63,912 bases of DNA, filler included, from Parasitella parasitica NRRL 2501 (GCA_025201805.1; 14 parts of 14 records of this genome joined end to end with filler, not necessarily neighbours in it); one strand, 5' to 3'; shown: positions 27,101 through 40,700, counted from the first letter of the whole stretch. Numbers and translations: made by a program. Notes: generated by a model not told the origin, from the sequence alone.

Positions 27101-27904
27101 GACAAGGAAGAGAGCGATGTAGACGTCGTGAACTCGAGTGACTCGTCAGCTGTGTCGTCCAACGAGGAGGAGAGCGACTCGGAGGCAGACGACAAGCCAG
27201 CAAAACCGGCTGCTTCATCCTCGCAACAGCCTACAATCAATTTCGAGGAGATTTTGAATAGAGTGACACCGAAACAGCCAATGCACATACACCCTCGTGA
27301 TTTGCAAAAGAAGCGCAGAAGAAGTTTGGTGGTCGAAAAGGATAAAGAAGAGCCGTTGCCCAAATCAACAAAGTCGTCCTATTCTAGAAAAAAGAACAAC
27401 AACAGCAGCAATAATGGAAATAGCAGTGGTGCAGGTGGAAAGTGGTCTAACAATAAACCATCCACAAGTTTGGCAATCAAAAAATCGAGCACAACCATAA
27501 CAATCAAACGGCCTGTCACCTCAAACGCAGCTTCAGCAGCAACAGCCCATGGCAAAAAATCAAACAGTAAAAAGGTAGCCGAGGTCAGCAATGTAGTAGT
27601 AGAGCATACTGCCGCAAAATCTGACAAACTGCAGCCGTCTACTACTGCTGCTACTACTGCTACTATTACCAATTCCACTACCACTACCAATGCCACTACC
27701 ACAGCTGCTACCACTGCTACTGCTACTGCTACTACTGCTGGTGACACAAATGAGGATAATGCCGATGAAAGGGATGTCAAAACAGCATCATCAACAGCAG
27801 TGAAATCGCCTACTGAAAACAAGGAAGAGGACGAGGACGAGGATGAGGACGACGATGAAGATATTGACATTGGAGGAAGTGATTTCGACGATGATCTTCG
27901 ATAG
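24170..27904 (+). CDS. Gds1-type winged-helix + APSES/KilA-N domain transcriptional regulator
   Basis: Exon 1 24170-24363, intron to 24423. DKVFTAILKAL...SPKELA...LGGATPFATVSSRISQHFKR (winged helix); MRRVDTSFINGTVLL...GTWIPLRRAQELA (APSES). Long low-complexity linkers and an acidic tail. Confidence 0.85.
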
Positions 27905-28155
27905 TTTCATTCATATTTATTTTTAACAACAAATCATGGACATTTCATTTCATTTCATTTTTCATTTCATTGTGATTTCATGACTTCAAATCAGAAATTC
28001 GCTTCTACAACTAAAAAAAGCCCAATTTCCCCTGCATTTACTCTGATAATTAGTATCAATGGCCTTGTTAAAGGAGAGAAAATCAGTTATATAAATATTA
28101 AACTAAATCGATCGTTAATTGACACACTTTTTTATTTTATTTATTTATTATTATC

Positions 28156-29780
28156 ATGTATATTTTACTACTAGTTTTACTGTCACTGATTGCACATAGC
28201 CTCCCCACAGCTGCGCTGGTTGTCAATAACAAGACCGTTGTATCTTATGGTGGACCGAAAACAAATGTGCTGGCAGATCAATACAATAGTGATGGCGACT
28301 GGAACCGTACATACCATCCTGCAGAGCCTCAGCAAATTCATACCTCTTGGATCTCTGAAGGAAAGGCTATCAGAATCCAGTTCTCCACAATGGCATCTGT
28401 CAAAGAATCAAGGCTGCAATACTGGTCGGATTCAGGCAATCAAGACGACATAAATGAAGGCTTGGACTGGGAGTTTGTTGATGGCGGGAAGGCAAAACAT
28501 AGCCAATTCATGCACACGTTTATCACAAAAGAACTAGCTCCATCCACTGTTTACAAATACAAGGTTGAAACCACCCAAGATTGCCAAGTATACACATCCA
28601 AAACATACGAATTCCATACGCCACAGGAGGATTCCACATCATTCAAGTTTCTGGCAACCGGTGATATTGTAGGCCTACGATATACAGAACGATCGCAGAT
28701 AGCATACTAACTATATACTAATCAAATAGGGTGCCGCAAATTCTGTATCGATGCCTTTATTCAAAGAGCTAGCAGACAGCCATGAATTTGATTTTGTTGC
28801 CATTATGGGGGACCAAGCCTACAACATGGACGACTTTAACGGCACAAAGGGAGACGAATATATGAATTTTGCGCAGGACTTTTATGCTAAAGTCCCTATC
28901 CTTACTACCACTGGAAACCATGAGGCGGCCTATAACTTTTCGCACTATAAAAATCGGTAAATGAGAGTTGTGGTTAGAAATCAAAGGAAAAAAAAAAAAA
29001 CTAATATCTATTGGTTTCCCCCCGCTCCCTCCCCCCACAGTTTCGACTTGATGCCTTATCATGAATCGGATTTTGATGATGCTATGCAATATTCCATCGA
29101 TTATAAATCACTACATTTGATTTCATTTGCAACAGAAGTCTTTTTTGAAGGCTCTGACGAGCAAGTTCAAACATCTCTCCAATGGCTGGAACAAGATTTG
29201 ATCAAGGCAAACCAGCAGAGATCCAAGACGCCTTGGATTATTGTCATCGGGCACAGACCTCTGTATTGCTCTATTTTTTCAAACTCTGACTGCACAGAAA
29301 ATGCAGAGATTCTTAGATTTGGGCACACACAGGAGCAAGGATTGGAGTCATTACTGACAAAATACAATGTCGATATGTATTTATGGTATGCGATAGATCT
29401 TCAGGGCCGTATGCATGTACTGATCTGATACATATCAATCTTATAGTGGACACAAGCACAACTACGAAAGAACATATCCTGTTCGAAACAACGAAACAAT
29501 CACGACATCATATCACAATGCACCTTCTTTCTTTCAAGTCATCACTGGTAATGCTGGTAATTACGAAGGTAGCGATGAATTTGATAATACCACCGAGTTG
29601 CCTAGTTGGTTGGGTTTACGATATCAAGGTTATGGCTTCACTACAATCGAAATATCTCCCCAACAACTTGCTCTTCAGCACTATGAAACTCTTGTCGATG
29701 GTACTCGTGGTGGTTTGAAAGATCATGTTCGAGTATCCAAGACAGAGAGTCATATAAACAAACAAAGAATTATAAACTAG
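28156..29780 (+). CDS. Secreted purple acid phosphatase (calcineurin-like metallophosphoesterase), 4 exons
   Basis: Hydrophobic signal peptide, N-terminal PQQIH domain, metal motifs GDIG, GDQAY, GNHE, GHRP and GHKH. Confidence 0.9.
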
Positions 29781-30364
29781 ACATATTAACACAAATATGC
29801 ACATATACACCCATTAACCAGTACATAAAGTCTTTTTTTATTCTATTTTACAATGCAAATTTGATTCACTTAACAATGAGTACCAATACCTNNNNNNNNN
29901 NNNNNNNNNNNNNNNNNNNNNNNNNNNNNNNNNNNTTAATTAATTAANNNNNNNNNNNNNNNNNNNNNNNNNNNNNNNNNNNNNNNNNNNNTCTTCAATC
30001 TTCAATTGAAGTACATTGTCATGATCTTCTGTCTATAATTATGGCAGATCATAGTTTATATCAATTTAAGGTAACTGGATGAATCTAGAAGTGGAATGCA
30101 GATCATCATAGTGAATGTATTTTACATAACTTGCTATAAAATCAGCAAAATTTTGTTTTGGCGTTATATCTACAACTAAGATAGACATTGGAATTCGGAA
30201 AGCGTGGTTGAGATACAGCTATTGTACTAGAACTGGAATGTATACTTTTTTTGGTGGACCCCAAGTCCATACCTCAAAATGATTCTGAAGGTTACCCCAA
30301 ATTTGAGAATTGAAAATCGAATATGAGATGTGGTGTCCAAACAAAAAAGCAAATTTGAATAATA

Positions 30365-30675
30365 TGATTTATCAGAATGAGAAATTATTTAAATAAAACA
30401 GTTGTGAATTAATCAGGTAAAGATCTCGTTTATTACATGGAAAAAATGATGGCTTATATACTAGTGAATCTAAGTGGACTGATGGGAGGATAAGATACAA
30501 GTGTGAGACATGGTGTGATTTAGAGAATGGAACGATAATAGATTGTATCTATTGTCCATGAACATGTCATGTTGAGTTATAAATAAGGAACATGATCCAT
30601 TGGGACATGTTCCTGAATTGTGTTCAGGATTGAGTTTACTTGAGTTTGACTTCCGGTTGGGAAATTGACACATCA
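30365..30675. mobile_element. Solo LTR family L2 with TSD TAATA
   Basis: Same sequence as 2312-2619; TAATA on both sides. Confidence 0.9.
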
Positions 30676-31576
30676 TAATAGTCAGAAATATGTGCGAATT
30701 GAAAATGTTGTAGAATAGTTCAAACGAGAAATATTTTGGCTGAAAGTTGCGTTTTAATCGCTTAATAGTTTGTAAAGATAGCAGTAATTGAAAATTATAT
30801 TTTTAAGCCTGGAAAAGGGTAATATCTTTGATCTGGCGGTATTTATTTCTTCTAAAAATGAAGGTGTATAAAATTGGTTTTTGACTTCCTATCATGCAGT
30901 ATCATGGCTATCAATTCGTATTGATGAGACATGCGCAAGGTACCAATTATTAGAATCATGCTCTGCTCTTCAATCGAAAATAGGTATTGCACTCATTTAC
31001 AACAAGAAATTAAAAAGGCTGCAGATTGAATCTCAGCAATATGTTTTCATTTGACCCAAACCAATTTCGAGCTTTTTTTCGCATAGTTCATTGCTAGATA
31101 TCTCATAAACGCAATAAGTATCCCGGATATGCGTACTAAGTGTTTTATAACAAAAATTAAATTCTGCATCTAACCATATACATCACAAGGCTATAGCAAC
31201 ATCTTTTGTTATTACCGATTTTCAAATATTCAAAAAACGCCCTTTTTGATAGTTTTTGAGTAAAATCAAGCATATTTTGAGCACATTCAGCTCTATAAAG
31301 TTGACCAAACAAACCATTATGTCAATACCTACACATCAGTACTTTGTTCACAACTGTAGCTCTATTATATCTGCCAAAAATCACAATCTTGTCTCGACCA
31401 AATTAAATCTACGATTTTCCGGCCCTATACTTGGAGGGCCAAAATGAAGCCATTCAAAAGGGTAAAAATCAATTCCNNNNNNNNNNNNNNNNNNNNNNNN
31501 NNNNNNNNNNNNNNNNNNNNTTAATTAATTAANNNNNNNNNNNNNNNNNNNNNNNNNNNNNNNNNNNNNNNNNNNN

Positions 31577-32375
31577 CATGCCCAAACTCCTCCTCTTGTT
31601 GTTGATAACCGCCAAGCGACGAGATTCCACTTTCCCGTCTCCCAAATGATTGGCGTCGACAGTTGCTTCATTTTTAGGAGCATCGGAAACCAGAACTGGC
31701 TTGGCCAGAGGGGTGTGATAAGGGTCGTCTCTGGACAACGGTCTGCAGTCAGCTTCCTGAGGACCCGGGGAATCAGACGCCACGGAAGGTACATGAACAA
31801 GTTCTTTCTGGTTCACGACTGGATAAAGGCATCCGTCTGGTGAGAGAGAGGATCGTTGGCGAGGCTCCAGTACTGTTGTAGTTTGTGGTTGTGTGCTGCT
31901 GCAAATGCATCTACCTTCCACTTGTGACCCCATAGGGATTTCAGAAGCTTGAAGAATTTCAATGAGATTGGTGCTTCGTATAGGGGTTGGCGACGTCGAC
32001 TTAGTTGGTCTGCTTGTACGTTCTTGATTCCAGCGACATGATGGAAACGTACTTGGAGTGAGTGGAGGTTGCAGAGATCTTGGATTTTTACGGGGAGATC
32101 TTGCAGTATTGAGGACACGGTGCCTCCGGCCTTTGTGACGTATTTGAGAGCGGTGATGTTGTCCGTGTGGATGTTCATCTCCTTGATATCGGCCGCTTCT
32201 TTTGAATGGAGAAGTAGAGCATAGTATATCGCTGTCAATTCCTGTACATTGATTGAAGTTTCTTTTTCGGCTGGGGTCCAAAACCCGACTTTGCTGATCT
32301 TCTCGGAGTGAACTCCCCACCCCGAATCCGATGCGTCCACATGTACTGTCAGAGCTGCTGGTGACAAGGGCTGTA
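31577..32375 (-). pseudogene. DIRS-type retrotransposon fragment: RNase H + methyltransferase-like domain
   Basis: VDASDSGWG, SINVQEL, TDNITALKYVTKAGGT, AGIKNVQADQLSR; then VDAFA...TDAF, YLPWRLIPRVLRKL and ITPLWPSQFWFP. A long overlapping second frame, as is typical of DIRS. Confidence 0.85.
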
Positions 32376-33043
32376 CAGTGAACGCAGCATCAAATCGCGG
32401 GTTTAGAAAAATCAGTGCGCTAAATAAATATCGTATTTTTATATCAAACTCACAAAATATTTGGGGGTACCTACAAAATCTGAAAATGAATCTCACAAAA
32501 ATGACCTAGTCAATCTCACAAAAAAAAAACTAAGGATTATAATAAACAAGCATCATGCTTTATGCATGTTGGCGTAGCATATCTATATATAAATATACTT
32601 CGTTCTTCACTTAGCATCTTTACCACTTAGTTTTTTGGAATTATAAAATCATCTCTTTATATTTAATCTATCATGTCTAATAAAAACCTTCAACGCAACA
32701 TCACACATACAACTGTGGAAACCCGAGAGAAAGTTTGCTTTGACCATTTTATGGGTTTTATGACAGTAAAAGAAATTTGTCAAAAATATCGATTAGCTGA
32801 CAAAACAGTCAGAGATATCCTTGATCGATTTCGTAGAACTGACTCTGTTGAATACCGTCCTCGGGGAGGCCCACGAAATATTAAGATTCAGCAAACACAC
32901 TCTGAATTTTTAAGAAATATAATCGATAAAGAAGATGAGGGAAACATTTTGACATTAGAGCAACTGCAGCAAAGACTTATTGACGAGTTCCCAGTAGAGT
33001 TTCCTTCAAAAAATGCAATTGGGATTTCTACAATCCAAAAACA
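32376..33043 (+). mobile_element. Left end of a Tc1/mariner-IS630-like transposon with transposase N-terminus (CDS from 32673)
   Basis: TA|CAGTG terminus at 32374-32380, exactly where the DIRS frame breaks. HTH-like TVKEICQKYRLADKTVRDILDRF, RGGPRNIKI and LTLEQLQQRL. Confidence 0.75.
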
Positions 33044-33143
33044 NNNNNNNNNNNNNNNNNNNNNNNNNNNNNNNNNNNNNNNNNNNNTTAATTAATTAAN
33101 NNNNNNNNNNNNNNNNNNNNNNNNNNNNNNNNNNNNNNNNNNN

Positions 33144-33240
33144 CCTTAACCTAGCTCGATAAGCACTTTTTTTGGCTCTAAAGAATGTTCCCGTTCATGC
33201 ACATCAATATTCTCATAAGAACATCGGCGAGGCCATAGTG
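33144..33240 (-). mobile_element. CACTA/EnSpm element terminus
   Basis: Reverse complement starts CACTATGGCCTCGCCGATGTTCT; near-identical to 58157-58253. Confidence 0.8.
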
Positions 33241-33476
33241 ATCCCATCTCTGCTCACGACACACATTTGATTTTTTAGCCGTTCACAAAAATGAAACAAA
33301 ACCAGGTGTCGGGCACACACTAACCTTGTGTGTAACACTTTTACTTATTATAGATATCAATTGAATACAAAAGAATAAACGTCGTCTTTCTTTATACTTT
33401 ATATACACTTATCAAAACAACATATCTCTGCACACGACACGGGTTGGGACTACACACACTATATCTAGAATCAAAA

Positions 33477-33548
33477 AGGTCTCACCGAGGATCGAACTCG
33501 GATCACAGGATTCAAAGTCCTGTGTACTAACCATTATACTATGAAACC
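33477..33548 (-). tRNA. tRNA-Gln: tRNA-Gln (anticodon TTG), intronless
   Basis: GGTTTCATAGTATAATGGTTAGTACACAGGACTTTGAATCCTGTGATCCGAGTTCGATCCTCGGTGAGACCT folds as a cloverleaf with a GTTCGA T-loop; followed by an oligo-T Pol III terminator. Confidence 0.95.
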
Positions 33549-34450
33549 CTGTAACAATTTGATACGCTGCGGTGCTTGTTGGTGAAATATTTAGATAGAT
33601 TTTGGGTACTTTCTAACAAATATACAAGGTGTACGAGGAATGACCTAATATGTTTGGTGTTGCAATAATGTTCTTGATAAATTATAGATTTGCGAAGAAT
33701 CTCAGCGATATAGACCAAATGGATAAAGTATGCTATAAATTATTTAGACGAAAGAAAGCCCCCTTTTTTATTTAAGCCATGTGTCGTTTTGACATGTAAC
33801 CGCTAGAACAATATTTATCATTTAAAACCTTGATTCTTTTTTTGTAAAGTCCGTTCAGGAACATCTTCTTATTAGGTAATTTTCGATTCAAATCCCGAAA
33901 ATATGGCAGCATCACAAAATTCACTTATACCCGTAACAAATTGATACATGCGTATTTTTTCTGCTGTCAACTTACGATATACTATTTCTCAAAAAGGCAA
34001 CTCATTTTCACGTGATGTTTATGAAGAGTCAAGTAATACGTATTTTTTAAATGGTGTTTGAATGCATGTTTATTCTGGAGTCTCAAGTGTTCTGAGGTGA
34101 AGGTCAATCTAAATTTAGCCTCTTATTTTGGATTATGTAATTGTTGCCGATGGCTAAATGTTGAAGTTCATGGTTACATTTTGATCTGGGGCATTTATTT
34201 TTACTTTGAAATGGAGATTTGACAGTTCGATTTGACAGTTTATGATGGTCTGAAATTTTAGAAAGTAGACATATAGATGTAGATAGACATTATGAAATCG
34301 TATAAAAATGATCATTTTATTTTTAATAAACCATATCGAATTTTTCTTTCNNNNNNNNNNNNNNNNNNNNNNNNNNNNNNNNNNNNNNNNNNNNTTAATT
34401 AATTAANNNNNNNNNNNNNNNNNNNNNNNNNNNNNNNNNNNNNNNNNNNN

Positions 34451-35128
34451 TTTTTTGCTGCTTCTCTACTTCTATTACGCTATTATGTTACTTTTATATA
34501 CTCTTATACCTGATCATCTACAATCCAAACGCATGCAATTTGTGTTCATTATTGCTGGTATTCTACGTTGTACCTCTTTGATTCTGGGTAAAGTCGATTT
34601 TTTTTCTTAAAAACAGTAAATAATACCCACGTTTTCTAAAAGACCATGACTAACACTTTCATACGCGTTTTTATAGTATCTATCACACGAAAGCAATATC
34701 CAGAATGGCATCTTTCTAGTGCAGTAGTTCATTCAGGTATTATCATTTTTTACTATGTTTTTGTAAGAGCTTTTTTACTAATTGAAAACCCTTTTGTTTT
34801 ACATTTGTAGTTTCGGTTCTCTTTTGATGTCAAGTGGATGGCCTATCACTGAAACTTGACATTATGTTTTTATCCGGGTCATACAGGAGCATGTAGGCTG
34901 TTTCTACTCATTGACTGTGCTTACCCTAGCAGTTCTTGAGATGGGCCATTTTATCCTAAGCTGTGAAGTGTGGTAAGGCGTTTTCCGGCTATTTAGGGTG
35001 GGGTATTCATTGAAAATCTACCAATTTCTATTTTTGGTCGAATTTCAAGCCCCGCTAACAACAAAACAGGGGGAAACCCTGTTTTTTTGTTTTTAGGATT
35101 TAGGGGTTGACTTAGCCAAATTAATCGT
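34451..35128. repeat. Repeat family A copy
   Basis: High identity to about 695-1352. Confidence 0.85.
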
Positions 35129-35267
35129 AATTTTATAATAAAAATCTATATAATTAAAAAAATGGAGTCTGCAAACTTTTTTACAATCTTCGTAAAAAAC
35201 AGTCGCATTCCAGCTCAGGTTATTCAATTAATAAAACAATGGCACTTTTTATTACTACGAAAACAAA

Positions 35268-35492
35268 ATGCCTGCTACTATTAGAATTTGTTTAAGCTGT
35301 GATCAAGAAGGCCATTCACGTTCTACAAGCAGGCTTCGCCTCAATAATACCCGTTCTAACAGTAGCACTTGCGCAAGCTGTGGTGGTATAGACCATCGTC
35401 AATTTTCTCATCGTGATGGCGCTTACAACATTGCTAATCGTATGTCTCAAATTTGTTTTCATTCTACAATCATAATCAAACTTTTCGTATAG
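35268..35492 (+). pseudogene. Cys/His knuckle fragment, probably a transposon (Helitron-like) protein N-terminus
   Basis: Two CxxC-x4-H motifs (CLSCDQEGH, CASCGGIDH). Confidence 0.4.
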
Positions 35493-35817
35493 ACTAGGGC
35501 CTCAACCTAAAACTATGGAAATAGTGTTATGCGCAGAGGATATATAAATATGATCTGCTCAAAAAAATGTATAACTTTATAGAAATAAAATCAGACACAA
35601 AAACTAATGACTTTATTGATAAGAAAATGCCATCTCTTTATACTAGATTATATCTATTGTAACACTATTTGTCATCATGGTTAAACATTGAACTTGGTAT
35701 GTAATACCAAGTTTATTACATGTTCTACTGTACATTAATAGCTTATTCCTTGTCATTGTATACAAAGAATTACCAATCTAATAATTGCTTAATCTCATGC
35801 CTTTCTGGCACAACATA

Positions 35818-36357
35818 CATTCGGTCATCACAATATGCAATGTTTGCGCTAAGCATGCATTAAGAAGCCAATAGAAAACACCGCTACAAGGTCATCTCAA
35901 CATTTGATAGCAATGCATGTATAAACAAAAATATACTTTATTCAAGTATATTGCTACTGGTGCTAGCATTATCATAACCAGCGGCTTTTTTTTCATCATC
36001 TTCAGCAATACTTTGGTTAATAGTAGGTACTTTTTCGACACTTTTTGCTCTCAAATGAACATTTGTATGATTGTGCGTGCATAAATAAACTTTTACTCAA
36101 AACAGATGAGATCTTTGGAATGCAACATCTCAACAAATATTTGGTAGCAACTGTGACTACAAGCACAGAAAAACCGAAATGTCTCAGAAATAATATTATA
36201 TAATTGAAAATGAGCTATCTCAACTTTTTTTTATAAACGCACATTCTGGGGCAAAATCATTTATGTTCTCACAAGCACATAAATGCTCCCATGACCCTAA
36301 TAATATTCTCATTTGAGCACATTTATGTTCACCGAGAACATCCAGGAGGCCATAGTG
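35818..36357 (-). mobile_element. CACTA element end truncating the host Helitron
   Basis: Reverse complement starts CACTATGGCCTCCTGGATGTTCTC at 36357; homologous to 48610-49473; GAGCACAT subterminal repeats. Confidence 0.8.
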
Positions 36358-37429
36358 GCATTCCGTTGTCTTTCCAGATGAATTTGAAGTCTTGGATGTG
36401 ATGGATATTCTTTATGCAAGGAAAAGAGTGAAAAATGCGCCAGCATGCCTCAGAAGCAGAGACATGCCGGCGGGCATCTAAAAACTGCTTAATTTCATCG
36501 TTTCCTTCTATGGTTTGGCCAAATGTTACCACATAGTCCATGCATCATGCTTTTTATTACTGTTTGGTAAGCTAAAGGTTGAAGCTGTGGATCAGGAATC
36601 TTTGCTGAAACAATCTTGTCAATATCTTCTACAGTCCGAGGTTTATCGGCATCAGATACAATCAAAAGAATGTGTGCGAGAAGGCCTCGTTTCTGAAACT
36701 CAATGACATGTATGTGAGCAACAACTTTTCCTAAAATCTGCTTTAAGATCAAGTCTTCCATAAAAACACTGAGTTTCTTTTGGAAGACACCGGCACAAAG
36801 ATCAGGACGATCAGGGGTTGTCTGATTGGCATGTAAGAGCTCGCGTTGAATCTCGGGCCACTTTGGATTGCATGTGAAGGTGATGAAAAAGTCGGGCTTT
36901 CCAAACCTTGTTACGATGCTGATGGCGTCCTGGTATAGCTGCTGCATGTAACGTGCTGATCCAATAAATAAGCTTGGTAAAATCACGCTACGGCCAACTA
37001 TACTCAAATCGGTGGATCCATCTTCCAATCTTACTGCATCTTCTAAACCACTCAGTAAATGCGATCTTAGTAACTTTTGATTGTGTCTAAGAAACTGAAG
37101 ACGTTGTTGCTCAATCTTGGCGTACATATCCACAATGAACTGCTGAAACAAATTGCCACCTCTAATCTTTAATTTAAAAGCATAGTAGTTCATAGCAGTT
37201 ACTTTTTTGCCACTCAAAGAGACGATCTCAATATTTTAACTTGGGGTGCCATAAGGAAACATCAAGACATAGGCCATCGTGTCATACCATTGATTCAATT
37301 CACTTATTCTCTAAGAGGACCTCCATTTGTAGGTCGTATTACAATGTCTCTTGTTGTTTCTGGGTTATCGTTTCCAACAATGAGTACACCAATAATCTCG
37401 GTGGTGCGTTGTATCTCTTTCAATCTAGT
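36358..37429 (-). pseudogene. Canonical Helitron Rep (3' part of the host disrupted by the TIR element)
   Basis: LFQQFIVDMYAKIEQQRL, GKPDFFITFTCNPKWPEI, EFQKRGLLAHILL, RHVSASEACWRIF. Frameshifts and deletions. Confidence 0.92.
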
Positions 37430-37731
37430 GGATGACTTCCAAAACTAAAAAATGAATAAATTTTATTCATTTGTCAACTCCGTTAGATTGAGATTCGTCC
37501 CGATATAAACCACGATTTATTTGCGTTTATTCACGTCAATAAAGGTTGTTAATATCAGTATAAAACTTCGATTTTATTGAGACATTGTGGTTCGATGGCT
37601 TTTTACATTTGATGTACAAGAAATCAAGATTACTATTTTATAATATTCATACAAGAACAGAGCAAATATAAATTAAAAATGAAGAATATTTCTTTATTAT
37701 TAAGCCTCTGTTTGAGTTTTGCAATTCCATT

Positions 37732-40700
37732 CTAGTTGCTTTGAGCTTTCGAGAAGTCGGGATTGTATAAATCTTGTTGGCTATCGTTTGAATTTTTTTT
37801 TCTTGAAATGTTTATAGCGTCAACATCAACGCCATATTTTCTTTTTATGCTCAAAGGCAAAGAAGCGCCAAAAAAAAATAGGTTAGAGGCCTTTTTGACC
37901 CTCGACATTGCAACATAGAGCTGACCGTGGGTTAACATGTTGTCAAGGAATATCCCAACACAATCGATAGTTGCACTTTGTGCTTTGTGTATTGTGGATG
38001 CAAATGCAGGGATAATTGGGAATTGTGATCTGACATAACTTGTTCCTGGTACTTGTCTTGTAATTCTTTGTATCCAATATAATTGTTCTTCGCCATGCTC
38101 TTCATCATTGTCAGAAAACTTTCTCAAACATATATTATCTTCATCCACTTCTACAACGCATGCAATGGTTCCATTCACCCAGCCCAGCCTGATACTCATA
38201 TTTTGTAACAGCATCACAGGCATACCGACTTTCAAACATAGATCTTCCAGTAGACGTGTCTCTTTTAACGCTTTTCTTGCAGTGCCAACAGTACCTACAA
38301 AAGCATCAATGGCCTTGAATTTTACTTCTTCGCTTGGAAAGTCTTTGAAATCTCTTTCATTGGCATTTTTGACCCTTTCTCGTGTTGTGTATAACCGCAA
38401 GCAGTTTAACGGCAGGCTTTTTTTGTAAACTGTCCTTTGATTTATGAATTTAATGACATTTTCGTCAAAATACCCCAAACGAACTTTGTTTAGTATTTCT
38501 ATAAACTCTGCCTCGTTTTGTCTAACAGGATAAAGCAAATCATAGCGGTTAACAGCGTTGTAGATGTGTGTGGCCCATATGCAAGATTCATTCTTCTTAA
38601 CTGGCAAGAGCTGGGCAATGTCTCCGAAGAAAATTGTCTTGACCCCACCCATGATTGCTGGTCTATTCGTGGTTTTTACCAATGCATCATTCATTGACTT
38701 CAAGAGAGTTGCGCTAATCATAGAGTATTCGTCTATGAGTAAAACAAGCTTTGGGTAGAGCTTAATGTATTCATCTAGAATTTGAAAGTTGGGTACTATT
38801 GATTGGTTGGCCATGCCAAAAAAACGGTGCAATGTTTGTCCACCTATGTTGTGGGCTGCTACGCCTGTTGGAGCTAACTTGAACACCTTTACGGCCATGG
38901 TTAGTTTTTTCCAACAATTAATTAATTTAAACAATGTGAAGTACCCATACTTTATATCCTTTCAATCGGTAGTATCTTTCAAGCATCCTAAGCACATAAG
39001 ACTTACCAGTTCCAGCTGCCCCGCTGGCAAATACTGCTGAATTTACTTCCATCTCATGTCTGATCTGGTTAAATATACACTTCTGATCATCATTGGCACT
39101 GTCCAGCATAATTTTCAACTCTCGTTTCGTCACCTTTTCTCCCCTATCAAGGTCTACGATGTCGCCTAAAGTGCGAACATTTGATTTTCCGGTAGAAGGT
39201 TCGATTCCCCCTTCCTCTATTGGTATGCTAATCAGGTGCTCGTAGTAGTCTTTCCAGGAATGGTACATTCCTCTTTCCTTTTCAAATGTAGTATCAAAAA
39301 TAGATTTCTTTGTAACGACTTGTTGATAGTAGAATGTTTCTCCATTCATTTCATTTTCATTAAAGGTTCTCCAGAAAGCTACTCTATCTTTTGTTCTCAA
39401 TACAAATGTTACTTTCCCACTATTTACGAATTTGGGCAAGTCAGAGGCAGCATAAAACCTTCTATTCACTATTTCTTGAGCTTGTGTCTTCAAAGAATTA
39501 TCTGGAGATTGCGATTTACGAATGTAAAAGCAAAAGAACTCTGGCAACTTCAATTGATTTGCACCATCTCTGTTTTCATATATTTCTACGTGAGATTTGG
39601 CATATATATCTTCAGATTCTTGCGGAATAGTTTTAACATCGTCTCTTATTCTTAAAGAACTGTGGCCATACAAAGCTGTTTTGATAAATATAACATTTCT
39701 TGAATTGTTATGCTTGTGCCAACCTAGCAAGTCGTAAGCAGCTTCAACTGCGCCAACAATTCTTGTCTTTAGATGTTCAGACTCTTTGATATATGCGGAT
39801 TTTTGATAATGACCTTGATTAGTTTTTCCAACATTTTTAAACGTAACGGTAGCGCTGTAATCGTCTTTTGCCATGTACTTGGCAAGATATCTGACTGCCT
39901 GCGGACCATCGTTATACTGAATATCCATATTAGATCTAAACACAGCCAACAAATACGGGTTATAATTGTTAACCATGCAATCAGTGACATCCCTCCGATA
40001 AATAACTTGATGGTTTTCGTCCATGTATGTCACCGGTGATTCAGGCTTTGGAAATCCAAAACGACATGGCCGATCTGGTTGTCCTCTTTTACAATAGCTA
40101 CGTAAAAAGCAAAATACAATTAGTTTTGATATTGTGTATACACATATAAACAGATAAAAATTTTTCCCCCACGTACTTATCATTGCAAGTATGTAGCTGA
40201 TGAGTGTTGACTAAGTGATGCATTAACGGATCGTTTTGAAAAACCCCTGGTGGAAAACTTGTGCATACCACGTTCATATCAATAAGCTGTTGGACAGTCT
40301 TTTCAGTCCAGAGCACAAGATGAATGTGTGGGCTCCCCCTATCTTGCAGTTCCATAACCCAGCTGTGTTCTTTTATGCCTCCAATCTGATCAGCGAAATT
40401 GCCCAATATGTACTTGCTAAAAAAATGTAACCATTTCCTTTTCCAATGAGCAACAAAAGCAACTGGATCCTCCCACGGATACTCAGTATCAGGAATTAAA
40501 TTTTTAAAGTCAAGGCTGTTGTCATGACAAGTAAAAGTAAGAAACAACTGTGGAGATCCTAGATTGTCAAAAATGCATTGTAGATCCAAAAAGTTTTTGC
40601 GCTTGTAAGCATATGATGATCGAATTTGGGGTGGAACAGTTGAAACCAGATTTTTGTTTAGTTTTTTAGTTGCATTGTTGACAATATCGCTTTGTTTTGA

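Noticed and set aside
25150-27970. Short tandem repeats (ACT/GCT tracts, CATTT) as an array system or CRISPR
   Set aside because: Simple microsatellites without spacers in a eukaryotic gene; no CRISPR array is seen anywhere in the window.
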